A stretch of DNA of 64,000 bases from Blastocatellia bacterium (lineage in GTDB: Bacteria > Acidobacteriota > Blastocatellia > UBA7656), in assembly GCA_035249305.1 (NCBI GenBank), contig DATFGQ010000103.1, positions 6,542-70,541 on the forward strand, read 5' to 3'. Under the pieces are notes generated by a model. That model saw only the letters and a list, made by a program, of their open reading frames with translations, ran no database searches and was not told the DNA's origin. The translations under genes were made by a program, and so were the position numbers. The stretch's first letter is position 1. Every line of letters begins with the position of its first letter. Below, one piece after another: positions 32,043 through 42,761 of this stretch.

Positions 32043-32945
32043 ATGAAAAAAACCCTGATCACACTCTTAGCAGCGTGCCTGTTTCTGGCGATCACTTCCC
32101 AGTTGGCGGCGCAGACCGGCCAGCAGACGCCGCCTGGTCCGCCCCCGGTCCTGTTCATCTTTCGCGAAGAGGTGAAAGCGAGCCGCGGCGGCGCTCATGA
32201 AAAACTTGAGGCGGGTTATGTTCGCGCCCTTCAAAAAGCGAACTGGCCGACCTACTCGATAGGCATCGCGTCTATATCCGGGCCGCACGACGCATGGTTT
32301 ATGACGGGCTATGAATCATACGCGGCTATGGAGAAAGACCGCATGGCGATGGAGAAGAACGCCGAGCTGATGAGCGAGTTCGACCGGCTCGACGCGGCCG
32401 ACGCGGAGTTCCGCACAAACCAGCGAGGCGTAATCGCAACCTACCGGCCGAACCTCAGCTATAACGCCGACAAGGCCGACCTGCCGATGACGCGGTATTT
32501 TCAAGTCAACACGGTCCGCGTGCGTCCGGGCCACGAAGAAGAATGGATCGAAGCGCGCAGCATTTTAATCGACGCGGTGAAGAAAGCGGGCGGCACCGCG
32601 CCGAACATAGTTTATGGCGTTACGGTGGGGATGCCGGGCGGGACCTTTCTAGTCTTCACGCTCAGAAAATCGCTCGCCGAAATGGACCCGAACCCTAACA
32701 TGGCGCGCGCCGTTCAGGAGGCGATGGGCGAAGAGAACGCCAAGCGACGGCAGAAGCTGATAAGCGATTCGGTCATAAGCACGGAGATGAGCCTCTACGG
32801 CGTAAGCCCGCGAATGAGCTACGTGGCGAAGGAGTGGGTGGCAGCCGCACCCGACTTCTGGGCGCCAAAACAGATGACGGCGATGAAGGCGGCGCCTAAA
32901 ACTAAGAAGACCGGCGTTACCGCCACGGTTAAGAAACAACCCTGA
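32043..32945 (+). CDS. hypothetical secreted protein
   Basis: RBS AAAGGAG and signal peptide MKKTLITLLAACLFLAITSQLAAQ. Two internally similar halves and a Lys-rich tail. No family recognised. Confidence 0.7.
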   Translation: MKKTLITLLAACLFLAITSQLAAQTGQQTPPGPPPVLFIFREEVKASRGGAHEKLEAGYVRALQKANWPTYSIGIASISGPHDAWFMTGYESYAAMEKDRMAMEKNAELMSEFDRLDAADAEFRTNQRGVIATYRPNLSYNADKADLPMTRYFQVNTVRVRPGHEEEWIEARSILIDAVKKAGGTAPNIVYGVTVGMPGGTFLVFTLRKSLAEMDPNPNMARAVQEAMGEENAKRRQKLISDSVISTEMSLYGVSPRMSYVAKEWVAAAPDFWAPKQMTAMKAAPKTKKTGVTATVKKQP

Positions 32946-32969
32946 TCCGTCGCGCCACGCCAATCGAAC

Positions 32970-33010
32970 GAGGGCCGCCATTATAACAGCGATGGCGGCC
33001 CTCGTTATTT
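32970..33010 (+). terminator. rho-independent terminator
   Basis: 12-bp stem GAGGGCCGCCAT/ATGGCGGCCCTC with a 10-nt loop, followed by GTTATTT. It lies 25 nt after the stop at 32945. Confidence 0.75.
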
Positions 33011-33095
33011 ACAGCGGAGGTTTTGGAACTTTTGGGGGGGTCGGGGCGAATCACTAATGGCAGCAAGACGTCGGGCCGCTTACGTAAGCCGATTT

Positions 33096-33719
33096 ATGGA
33101 ATTGACCACGACTACCAGCGATTACGACCTGTTGAGCCGCGTTATGGCAGGCGACGAAGAGGCATTCACCTCGCTCTACCGCAGGCGGCAGGGCGGCATA
33201 TATCGCTTCGCTTTGCAGATGAGCGGCTCGCGCTCGATCGCCGAAGATGTCACGCAAGAGGTCTTCATGACGATCGTGCGCAACGGCGCGGGGTATGACC
33301 CGGCGCGCGGATCGCTTTCGGCTTACCTGTACGGCATAGCGCGCAATCACGTCTTGCGCCGGTTGGAGCGCGAGCGTTTATTCGTCCCATTCGCCGACGC
33401 GGAAGAGGAGCAAGAGACGACCGGCGCGGCCAGGCTCATAGCCGAGACGGACCCGCTCGCGGACCTGACTCGCAACGAGATGATAGAGGCGGTGCGAGGG
33501 GCTGTGCTGGCGCTGCCGGCGCACTACCGTGAAGCGGTCGTCTTGTGCGACCTTCACGAGATGAGCTACGCCGAGGCGGCGGATGTGGTTGGCTGCGCGG
33601 TGGGGACTATCAGGTCGCGCCTGCACAGGGCGCGCGCGCTGCTGGTTGAAAAACTCAGGGCGAGCGGCGACCGCGGCGCGGCGCGGGAGACGGCCAACCC
33701 TGTGAGGTGCTTTGCATGA
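33096..33719 (+). CDS. ECF sigma factor
   Basis: DYDLLSRVMAGDEEAFTSLYRRRQGGIYRFAL..., region 2 DVTQEVFMTIV...SAYLYGIARNHVLRRL, and region 4 LPAHYREAVVLCDLHEMSYAEAADVVGCAVGTIRSRLHRARALL. Confidence 0.9.
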   Translation: MELTTTTSDYDLLSRVMAGDEEAFTSLYRRRQGGIYRFALQMSGSRSIAEDVTQEVFMTIVRNGAGYDPARGSLSAYLYGIARNHVLRRLERERLFVPFADAEEEQETTGAARLIAETDPLADLTRNEMIEAVRGAVLALPAHYREAVVLCDLHEMSYAEAADVVGCAVGTIRSRLHRARALLVEKLRASGDRGAARETANPVRCFA

Positions 33720-34513
33720 ACTGTCAAGAATTCGAAGCCAGTATAAACGATCTGGCGCGCGATCAGATTATGGATGTAGCCTCGCGCACAAGCGCGCACG
33801 CACATAGCGAAGGATGCGCGGAGTGCGCGGCCCGTCTTGCCGACGAGCGGATGTTGAGCGCGGGGCTGCGCTATCTTGCGGCGAGCGCAAGCGACGAGCA
33901 GGCCCCGGCCAGGGTCGAAGACGCACTGCTCGCGGCGCTGCGCGAGCGCAAAGCAAACGTGGCTGCGCCAGCCGTCACGCTCGTCGCGCGGCGTCGTATG
34001 TCGCGCTGGGCGATCGCGGCCGCGGCGGCGATATTAATATTGATCGCCCTGGTCGCGCTGCGCGCCAACCAATCGAGGCCGGAGCCGCCACAGCATGCGA
34101 ATCAGGCTCAACCTGCTCCCGCGCCGGCTCCCATAGGACCTGAGAAAAAGAGCCCGGAGAGAGAGAACTCCGTCGCGCCTGCAAGTCCCAGGCGCGAGGC
34201 TCAGAATCATTTTGTGGCTAACAGGCCACGCCGCCCGTCGCCGCGCGCGGAGGCCGTTAATGCTAAAGACAACGCTAAGGATAAGGATTCGGCGGCGGGC
34301 GATTACGAGATAACGACCGACTTCATACCTCTCACGCATCGCGGTAGCCTCGCCGAGCTCGAAGGCGGGCAGGTCTTGAGGGTCGAGCTGCCGCGCTCGT
34401 CGCTGGCGAGCTTCGGGCTGCCCATGAACCTGGAGCGGGCCGGGGAGCGAATAAAGGCGGACGTAGTCGTGGGCAACGACGGGATGGCGCGGGCGATTCG
34501 CTTCGTGCGCTAA
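33716..34513 (+). CDS. zf-HC2 anti-sigma factor
   Basis: ATGA overlap with the sigma gene stop. Starts MNCQEF...HSEGCAECAARL, with one TM (WAIAAAAAILILIALVAL). Confidence 0.85.
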   Translation: MNCQEFEASINDLARDQIMDVASRTSAHAHSEGCAECAARLADERMLSAGLRYLAASASDEQAPARVEDALLAALRERKANVAAPAVTLVARRRMSRWAIAAAAAILILIALVALRANQSRPEPPQHANQAQPAPAPAPIGPEKKSPERENSVAPASPRREAQNHFVANRPRRPSPRAEAVNAKDNAKDKDSAAGDYEITTDFIPLTHRGSLAELEGGQVLRVELPRSSLASFGLPMNLERAGERIKADVVVGNDGMARAIRFVR

Positions 34514-34559
34514 CGGACTGAAAACATAATTACCAATTATCTACGAAGGAGATGAACGT

Positions 34560-35639
34560 ATGAGAATTCAAAGACGGTGGATGATAACGGCTACCTGCGC
34601 GCTCGCCCTGCTTGCGAACGTCGTGGGCGTCATCGCGCAGAGCGAAAGGCCCAGGCAAAGGGAGCGCGACGTCTACATCGAGCGCAGCGGCGGCGCAGTG
34701 ATCGCGGGCGGGCAAGCAGATCACTGGACCTTGAGTGAACAGGACGGGGACGGCAACACGTTCGTCTTCGTTTCGGGCGAGATGAGCTTTGACGGCAAGA
34801 CAGTCAAGGGGGCGCCTTATTCTGCGCAGGCCATTTCGGAGAGCATACAGACGCTGGCCGACGGCAACCGCATCGTTCATAAAACGACGGCCTCGGTCTA
34901 CCGCGACGGCGAAGGGCGCACGCGCCGCGACCAGACGCTGAAGGCGATCGGCCCATACGCTTCGGCGGGCGACCCGCCGCAGACCACTTTCATCAACGAC
35001 CCCGTGGCGGGCGTCAACTACATACTCGACTCGCGAACCCGCACGGCGCGCAAGATAGACTTTAAGGTTATGAAAGGCGGACGGGGCGAGCGCGTAGTCG
35101 TCACGGGCGAAGGCGCGCCCAAGAAGCGTCGTTCCGCAGATGCCGACATTAATGAAGCCCAGGTCAGAGAGCACAAGCTTAGGGCAATAGAAGAGACGGT
35201 CGTAGCTGGCGGCCCCGCCCTGGCGCATGCCCCGCGCCCGGGCGCGACCTTCGAGTACCTGCGCACCAAGCCCGACCCCAAGAATACCAAGAAGGAATCG
35301 CTCGGCAAACAGACCATTGAAGGCGTCGAGGCCGAGGGGACGCGCCTGACGATCACGATCCCGGCGGGCGAGATCGGAAACGAGCTGCCTATGCAGCTCG
35401 TCACAGAGAGCTGGTACTCGCCCGAGTTGCAGACGGTCATCATGAGCAAGCACACGGACCCGCGGATGGGCGAGCACACCTACAGGCTCACGAACATCAC
35501 GCTCGGCGAGCCGGCGCGCTCGCTGTTTGAAGTGCCGGCCGACTACGCGATCAAGGAGACGATTCCGGGCGATCTGAAGTTCAAGATCGAGCGCGAGATG
35601 CAAGAATCGAAGCGCAAGCCGGAGGAGAAAGACTTCTAA
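34560..35639 (+). CDS. hypothetical secreted protein, third gene of the ECF operon
   Basis: RBS AAGGAG and signal peptide MRIQRRWMITATCALALLANVVGVIAQ. The plus strand is preferred over the equally long Arg-rich antisense ORF 34530..35666. Confidence 0.7.
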   Translation: MRIQRRWMITATCALALLANVVGVIAQSERPRQRERDVYIERSGGAVIAGGQADHWTLSEQDGDGNTFVFVSGEMSFDGKTVKGAPYSAQAISESIQTLADGNRIVHKTTASVYRDGEGRTRRDQTLKAIGPYASAGDPPQTTFINDPVAGVNYILDSRTRTARKIDFKVMKGGRGERVVVTGEGAPKKRRSADADINEAQVREHKLRAIEETVVAGGPALAHAPRPGATFEYLRTKPDPKNTKKESLGKQTIEGVEAEGTRLTITIPAGEIGNELPMQLVTESWYSPELQTVIMSKHTDPRMGEHTYRLTNITLGEPARSLFEVPADYAIKETIPGDLKFKIEREMQESKRKPEEKDF

Positions 35640-35673
35640 TCCTGCGGCCTTGAAACCGAAGAGCAAGCCGTGT

Positions 35674-35718
35674 GACGCCGGGAGCAGAGAGATCTCTACT
35701 CCCGGCGTCTTTATTTTT
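35674..35718 (+). terminator. rho-independent terminator
   Basis: GACGCCGGGAG (35674-84) pairs with CTCCCGGCGTC (35699-709), followed by TTTATTTTT. Confidence 0.85.
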
Positions 35719-35818
35719 GGCGAGGCTCGCCCGCGTCGATCGAGCTGGCTAAACTAGGAGTGAGGACGTTCGAGGAGAAAGGCCCGCGGCGGCGGATTTG
35801 CGCTAAATTGGGCCGTCC

Positions 35819-35848
35819 TTGACACTTTTTGGAACCGTATGTTAATTT
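35819..35848 (+). promoter_or_regulatory. sigma70-type promoter candidate for the atp operon
   Basis: Perfect -35 TTGACA (35819-24), an 18-nt spacer, then TGtTAATTT (extended -10-like, hexamer 35843-48). It lies ~55 nt upstream of the b' start. Confidence 0.45.
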
Positions 35849-35902
35849 TCGTGGCTTGAACTGGCGGTAAAATCCTTATAGGGAGTGCATGCTTTGGTTT
35901 CG

Positions 35903-36379
35903 ATGACAGCGCTCGCTTTCGCTGAGGGCGGGGGCAACATCATACAGCCGGACGGCTCGCTTATCTTAGTACTCGTCCTCTTCATCATATTCGTCTTCGT
36001 GCTGAACCGTATCTTGTTCAAGCCCATCGGCCGCGTGCTGGACGAGCGAGAGACTTTGACCGAAGGCGCGAGGACGGAAGCGCGCGCGGCCGTGCGCCGC
36101 TACCAGACGGAGCTTGCCGATTACGAGGCGCGCATACGCCAGGCGCGCGCGGAGAGCTACAAGCGGCTCGAACAGCAGCGCGCCGCCGCGCTCGAAGAGC
36201 GCCGCCATCTGATCGACGAGGCCAAAGCGGACGCCGGTAATCAGATCGGGCGGGCGAAAGAGGAGATCGCCGAGCAGGCAGCGCGCGCGCGCGCCTCGCT
36301 CGAAGTCGAGGCGCGCGAGATAGCCGCTCAAATCTCGCGCTCGGTGCTAGGCCGCACGGTGGGAGGAGGGGCCGATTGA
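35903..36379 (+). CDS. atpF2: F0F1 ATP synthase subunit b' (b-type stalk subunit)
   Basis: One N-terminal TM (LILVLVLFIIFVFVLNRILFKPI) followed by a long charged helix. The start could be GTG 35885 or ATG 35903. I prefer the ATG because its N-terminus parallels that of the next b subunit. Confidence 0.85.
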   Translation: MTALAFAEGGGNIIQPDGSLILVLVLFIIFVFVLNRILFKPIGRVLDERETLTEGARTEARAAVRRYQTELADYEARIRQARAESYKRLEQQRAAALEERRHLIDEAKADAGNQIGRAKEEIAEQAARARASLEVEAREIAAQISRSVLGRTVGGGAD

Positions 36380-36393
36380 TAATTGAATCGCTC

Positions 36394-36930
36394 ATGGAGC
36401 CTGCTCTGTTGCTGGCAGAGGGCGCGGAAAGCTCCGGCGGGTTGCTCAAGAACCCTATGCTCTGGAGGGTGATTAACCTTTTAGTATTTGTTCTCATCCT
36501 AGTCTACATCCTCCGCAACAAGATCGGTATCGGCAAGGTCTTCGACGACCGCGCCGCATCGATAACCCGAGAGCTTGAAGAGGCCCGCAAAGAGAAGAAG
36601 GAAGCGCTCGACCGCCTCTCCGAGGTCGAAGCGCGGTTGAGCCGCCTGGACCAGGAGGTCGGCGAGATCGGCCGCGAGGCCGAACGCGAGGCCGCGCGCG
36701 AAGCCGAGCGTGTGCGCCAGGCCGCCCAGGCCGACGCCGAGAAGATACGGCAGTCCGCCAGCCGCGAGATCGAAGGCGCGATGAAGGCCGCGCGCACGGA
36801 GTTGCGCGCTTTCGTCGCCGACCACGCCGTAGAGATGGCCGAAGGGATCATCCGCCGCGAGATACGGCCGGAAGACAACTCCCGCCTGCTTAACAAGTAC
36901 CTGGACGAGTTGCGCGAGGTGAATAGATGA
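36394..36930 (+). CDS. atpF: F0F1 ATP synthase subunit b
   Basis: TM helix (VINLLVFVLILVYILRNKI) plus charged helix ...RELEEARKEKKEALDRLSEVEARL.... Alternative TTG start at 36376 overlaps the upstream stop. Confidence 0.85.
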   Translation: MEPALLLAEGAESSGGLLKNPMLWRVINLLVFVLILVYILRNKIGIGKVFDDRAASITRELEEARKEKKEALDRLSEVEARLSRLDQEVGEIGREAEREAAREAERVRQAAQADAEKIRQSASREIEGAMKAARTELRAFVADHAVEMAEGIIRREIRPEDNSRLLNKYLDELREVNR

Positions 36931-37484
36931 GCGTGATCGCAGTTGCACGCCGCTACGCAGAGGCGCTCGCCGACGTGGCCATCTCGCGCAATCAAGTCGA
37001 CCAGATCGATGCGGAGGTAGGCGCTTTCGCCCGGCTGATGGCCGAAAGCCGCGAGCTTCACGACCTGTTCGCGAGCCCCATCGTCTCTCAGTCAGACAAG
37101 GGCCATGTGTTGGAAGCGATAATCGAGAGGGCGCGCCCCGGCCAGATGACGGCGAACCTGTTGCGCACGCTGCTGCGCCATTACCGGCTGCATAACCTGG
37201 CGGCCGTCTACGAGCAGTTCCAGCGCGAGATAAACGAGCGGCGCGGGATGGTGCTGGCCGAGGTCACGACCGCCGCGCCCGTCGGCCGCGCAGAGCAGGA
37301 CGCGCTGTCGGCCCGATTGCGCGAGATGACGGGCAAGCAGGTCCAGTTGCAATTCAGAACCGACCCCGGATTGATAGGCGGGGTCGTCACGCGCATCGGC
37401 TCGGTCGTTTACGACGGCTCGATACGCACACAGCTTCGGGCCGTGAGGCAGAGGCTGAAACAAGAGTCGTCAAGGAGCTTGTAA
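36927..37484 (+). CDS. atpH: F0F1 ATP synthase subunit delta (OSCP)
   Basis: ATGA overlap with atpF. Starts RYAEALADVA..., and the C-terminus reads GGVVTRIGSVVYDGSIRTQL. Confidence 0.9.
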   Translation: MSVIAVARRYAEALADVAISRNQVDQIDAEVGAFARLMAESRELHDLFASPIVSQSDKGHVLEAIIERARPGQMTANLLRTLLRHYRLHNLAAVYEQFQREINERRGMVLAEVTTAAPVGRAEQDALSARLREMTGKQVQLQFRTDPGLIGGVVTRIGSVVYDGSIRTQLRAVRQRLKQESSRSL

Positions 37485-37511
37485 AAAACATCACACGGGT
37501 TGGAGACGAGT

Positions 37512-39062
<1,551 letters not shown>

Positions 39063-39065
39063 GAC

Positions 39066-39126
39066 AGTTTTCAGTTCTTAGTTTTTAGTTTTCATCATCG
39101 GAACTAAAAACTGAAAACTGAAAACT
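39066..39126 (+). repeat. AT-rich heptamer-built hairpin in the atpA-atpG intercistronic spacer
   Basis: Left array CAGTTTT CAGTTCT TAGTTTT TAGTTTT and right array AACTAAA AACTGAA AACTGAA AACTAAA. Positions 39066-39090 pair with 39102-39126 (25 positions, 1 mismatch and 1 G.T by hand) with an 11-nt loop. Confidence 0.85.
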
Positions 39127-39137
39127 AAAAACTGATT

Positions 39138-40028
39138 ATGGCAAACCTTCAAGACCTTCGCAGACGGGTTCGCGCCGTCCGTAACATGCAGAAGATCACT
39201 CGCGCGATGAAGATGGTCGCGGCTGCCCGGCTGCGCCGCGCGCAGGAGCGCGTGGCCTCGGCCAGGCCCTACGCCAACACGATGATGCGCGTGCTCGGGC
39301 GGCTGGCCGCGCGCGCGGGCGAGTACCGCCACCCGCTGCTCGAACGGCGCGGCGACGAGCATTACGTCCTGGCGCTGGTCACGGCCGACAAGGGGTTGTG
39401 CGGCCCGTTCAACACTAACCTGATAAAGGCCGCCCAGCAGTTCATACGCGAGCATAAGGACAAGAAGGTCGAGATAGTGGCCGTCGGCCGCAAGGGGCGC
39501 GACTTCTTCCGCCGCCGCGAGGTGACGGTCGTCAGCGATTACATCAACGTCACGGCGCGGACCGTAAATCATGAAGACGCGGCCGGGATCGCGCGCGAGC
39601 TGATGGACCTTTACACGGCCGAGGGCTCGACGATCGACCGAATATACCTGCTCTACAACGAGTTCAAATCGGTCATCCTCCAGCGCGTCGTCATCAAGGA
39701 GCTTTTGCCAATAGGAACGGAGGAGCTGGAGACGGAGACGGCCGACGCGAAGAGGTCCGACGTCCTGATCGATTACCTCTACGAGCAGCCGCCCGCGGAG
39801 ATATTCGGCCGGCTGCTGCCGCGCTACGTCGAGACGCAGGTCTTTTACGCGCTGTTGGAGTCGGTCGCCAGCGAGCACGGCGCTCGGATGACGGCCATGG
39901 ACGCGGCGACAAAGAACGCGGGCGAGGTGATCGATTCGCTCACGCTCAACATGAACCGCGTGCGCCAGGCATCGATCACGCGCGAGATCATCGAAGTCGT
40001 GTCGGGCGCGCAGGCGCTGTCGGGATAG
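39138..40028 (+). CDS. atpG: F0F1 ATP synthase subunit gamma
   Basis: Starts MANLQDLRRRVRAVRNMQKITRAMKMVAAARLRRAQ and ends ...NRVRQASITREIIEVVSGAQAL. Confidence 0.95.
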   Translation: MANLQDLRRRVRAVRNMQKITRAMKMVAAARLRRAQERVASARPYANTMMRVLGRLAARAGEYRHPLLERRGDEHYVLALVTADKGLCGPFNTNLIKAAQQFIREHKDKKVEIVAVGRKGRDFFRRREVTVVSDYINVTARTVNHEDAAGIARELMDLYTAEGSTIDRIYLLYNEFKSVILQRVVIKELLPIGTEELETETADAKRSDVLIDYLYEQPPAEIFGRLLPRYVETQVFYALLESVASEHGARMTAMDAATKNAGEVIDSLTLNMNRVRQASITREIIEVVSGAQALSG

Positions 40029-40061
40029 ATCAAGAGTCCCGGAGGCGCAGCCGCTTACGCG

Positions 40062-40532
40062 ATGGCCGAAAGCTTCACCAAGCGAAATACGTTCGCCGCG
40101 CAGGCGGTCAAGTACTGGCTGCCCGTGCTGGTGATGCTCGGGGCGATGTATTACTTTTCGACCGACGCGCTTTCGGGCGACAACACCGCGAGCATAATCG
40201 AGAAGTTACTCCGCTGGTTTACCGCCGATCCTAGCGAGCGCCTCATCAGAGGGCTTAACTACGGGCTGCGCAAGTTCATGCACTTTTTCGAGTACGCGGT
40301 CTTAGCCGCGCTCCTTTTCCGAGCATTCCGCGCCGACAGCCCCGCGCGATGGCAATTGAGATGGGCGGTATATTCACTGGCGGTAATTTCGCTCTGGGCG
40401 TCTCTAGACGAGTACCACCAGACGACGACGAGCGACCGCACGGGCTCCGTGCGCGACGTGCTGATCGACGTGTCGGGCGGTCTGTTTATGCTCGCGGCGC
40501 TTGCTTACTTCTATAAGAAAAAGAGGCGGTAG
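40062..40532 (+). CDS. VanZ-family membrane protein
   Basis: Four TM segments, with KFMHFFEYAVLAALLFRAF and DEYHQ motifs typical of VanZ-like proteins. Confidence 0.75.
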   Translation: MAESFTKRNTFAAQAVKYWLPVLVMLGAMYYFSTDALSGDNTASIIEKLLRWFTADPSERLIRGLNYGLRKFMHFFEYAVLAALLFRAFRADSPARWQLRWAVYSLAVISLWASLDEYHQTTTSDRTGSVRDVLIDVSGGLFMLAALAYFYKKKRR

Positions 40533-40539
40533 CTCGTCG

Positions 40540-42690
40540 CTACATCTTCACCACGCCTATCCTCTCAAGCACACGCAGGTAATCGGCCACGTCTTCGACG
40601 GGCAGCGTCCCGTAAGCGGCGGCGATGTAGTCGCGTATAGCCTGTACCGAACGCTTGCCGTCGACGAGGTTCAATATCTCGTACATTATTACGTCGCCGC
40701 CGTCGCGCGCGCCGAGCCGCTCGACCACGCGCATATCTTCGGGGCTCGCGCGGTCGGCCACGTAATCGTAATAGTAAACGCTCATCGGGCCGGTCACCCT
40801 CCGCTCGGGCACGCGCGAGTAATCGGGCGAGGCCGTGCGCGGGCGCGACACGTCTTTCGGGTTCGACTTCTTAGATTTATCTTTCGACGTGTCCTTTGGC
40901 TCGATGGTGAAGATGATCTTGTTGCCCTTGCGCTGCTCGGTAAGCTGGCCCGTCAAAAGCAGCCACGCGCCGCTCAACTGATCGATCAGGCCCGCGACCT
41001 TTTCGGTCAGCTCCTCGTTGCCGGGCGCGTACGTGAGCACGCTCGATATCGCCTCGACGTCGCGTTCGAGCGAGCGGGCGATCAGGTTGCGCGACTCTTC
41101 GGCCCCATCAGCCCCGGACAGCTCAAGAGCGCGGGCGCGCTCTCGCTCTTTAGGCAGCCGCGCAAGCGCTCGCGCGAAGACCTCGTCGGCAAGCCGCGCC
41201 GCGTCGCGCGCCGTCGCGCGCGCCATAAAGTAGCCCGAAGCGGCGGCTATGAAAGTCGAGCGCTTCATCTTCGTAGGGTCGATGTTGGCCGGCGTGTCGT
41301 TGTTCGTGTGAATGAATACGTCGGGCCAGTCGCGCAGGTAGATGGTCGGCACGCGGAAAGAGCCTTCCTGAAAAACGTCGTGGTCCGACCCCATCTCGAA
41401 CGGGGTGGTGTCCGCGACGAGGCTGTCTTTGCTCCCCTCGGGCGAAACGAGCGCGTCCTCGAAACCGGCTCCGGCAGCCGCTTTCAGGCTCCCCGCTATG
41501 GCGTGCTCGGCGAATATGTCGGCCACGGTGTTGACGGAGCTGGGCAGCGACGCGGGCGTGTGGGTGACGTGGAGGACCGATTTCGTGACCGCGTAGTTGC
41601 CGCCGACCATGTCGCAGTGGACAGCCGCCTTCATACGTCTGACTATCTCCGGGTGCTGGGCGAAGAAGGCCAGAGTGCCGTTGATCTCGGGCGGCCAGAT
41701 GAATCTTATGGTGCGGCTCGGCCGCGCTATCTCGCCGCGGCGAATCAGGGCCGTGAGCGCGCGAGCAGTTTCCAGTATCGCGGCCGCGCCCGAGGCGTTG
41801 TCGTTCGCGCCGGGTTTCTGGTGGCAGAGGTGGCATGAGTAGACTATCTCTTCGCCCGCGCGGTCGCTGCCGGGGATCACCGCCGTCACTACGTCGTAGT
41901 GAGCGGGGCGCATCTCGGCTTTCACAGTCGCCCGCAGAGTGATCTGCTCGCCCCGCGCCAGCCGCTCGCGGTACTGGCGGGCGACGCGCAGCGAGATCAT
42001 GAAGGCGAACTTGTTGTTCGGGTTGTAGGGAGACAGGTGCCCCCAGCGCACGTTGTCGAGATAATCGCCCGACCAGCCCGTCACCTGGTTCTGCTGGTAG
42101 CTCAGTATGCCCGCCGCGCCGCGCTCGTCGCAGGCCATCTTGTGCGCGGCGGCGACGCTGCCGCCGGCAAGCACTATGCGCCCTTTAATATCTTTGCCCT
42201 CGTAATCGCGCGCGTCGGTCCCCGCGCCTACGTCGATCAAGGGCGCCGTCACGTCCGCGCTCCGCGAATAATCGGCGAGCGCCACTTTCATCTCGTCGTA
42301 ATCGGCGATCTTCGTCTTCCGGGGCTCGGCCTCCCACAACTGGCCGCGCTCGGCCTCCCAGCCCGGAGTCGATTTAAGCGTGTAATAAGTCTTTTCGCCG
42401 TCGGCGGGGTACCGCTCGATCTCGACCTGTTCGAGCCCGTACTCTTTCGCCTTCGAGGCAATGAACCGGGCGGCGCTCGAAAATCCCGAGGACGCCTGGA
42501 CGCGGTGGTGGCGCGTCAATTCCGTCACGGTGTCTTTAGCGACCAGCCCGCTGATCTCCGCGCCGAGCGCTTTTATCTCGGCGTCCGTTAGCAGCGGCGG
42601 CGTCTTCGTGTATTGAGCTTCAGCCGCCTTGTAGAGCGGCGACGGGCAGAGGAGTATCAGCAGAACGACGAGAGAGATGATCGTTTTCAT
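40540..42690 (-). CDS. secreted M28-family metallopeptidase with extra C-terminal domains
   Basis: ATG at 42690 (MKTIISLVVLLILLCPSP). M28 motif HQKPGANDNASGAAAILE, plus ...GSDHDVF.... The C-terminal part is a winged-helix-like tail. Confidence 0.8.
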   Translation of the reverse strand: MKTIISLVVLLILLCPSPLYKAAEAQYTKTPPLLTDAEIKALGAEISGLVAKDTVTELTRHHRVQASSGFSSAARFIASKAKEYGLEQVEIERYPADGEKTYYTLKSTPGWEAERGQLWEAEPRKTKIADYDEMKVALADYSRSADVTAPLIDVGAGTDARDYEGKDIKGRIVLAGGSVAAAHKMACDERGAAGILSYQQNQVTGWSGDYLDNVRWGHLSPYNPNNKFAFMISLRVARQYRERLARGEQITLRATVKAEMRPAHYDVVTAVIPGSDRAGEEIVYSCHLCHQKPGANDNASGAAAILETARALTALIRRGEIARPSRTIRFIWPPEINGTLAFFAQHPEIVRRMKAAVHCDMVGGNYAVTKSVLHVTHTPASLPSSVNTVADIFAEHAIAGSLKAAAGAGFEDALVSPEGSKDSLVADTTPFEMGSDHDVFQEGSFRVPTIYLRDWPDVFIHTNNDTPANIDPTKMKRSTFIAAASGYFMARATARDAARLADEVFARALARLPKERERARALELSGADGAEESRNLIARSLERDVEAISSVLTYAPGNEELTEKVAGLIDQLSGAWLLLTGQLTEQRKGNKIIFTIEPKDTSKDKSKKSNPKDVSRPRTASPDYSRVPERRVTGPMSVYYYDYVADRASPEDMRVVERLGARDGGDVIMYEILNLVDGKRSVQAIRDYIAAAYGTLPVEDVADYLRVLERIGVVKM

Positions 42691-42761
42691 CGAGGGGCCT
42701 TCAGAAAGAATTTGAGATTTCAAATCGCGGCGCGCGACAGCGCATCATCCGCCATGCAAAT

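Noticed and set aside
34530-35666. 378-aa minus-strand ORF almost exactly coextensive with 34560..35639(+).
   Set aside because: The plus-strand product has an RBS, a signal peptide, balanced composition and operon context after the sigma/anti-sigma pair. The minus-strand product is Arg/Leu-rich and has no start context.
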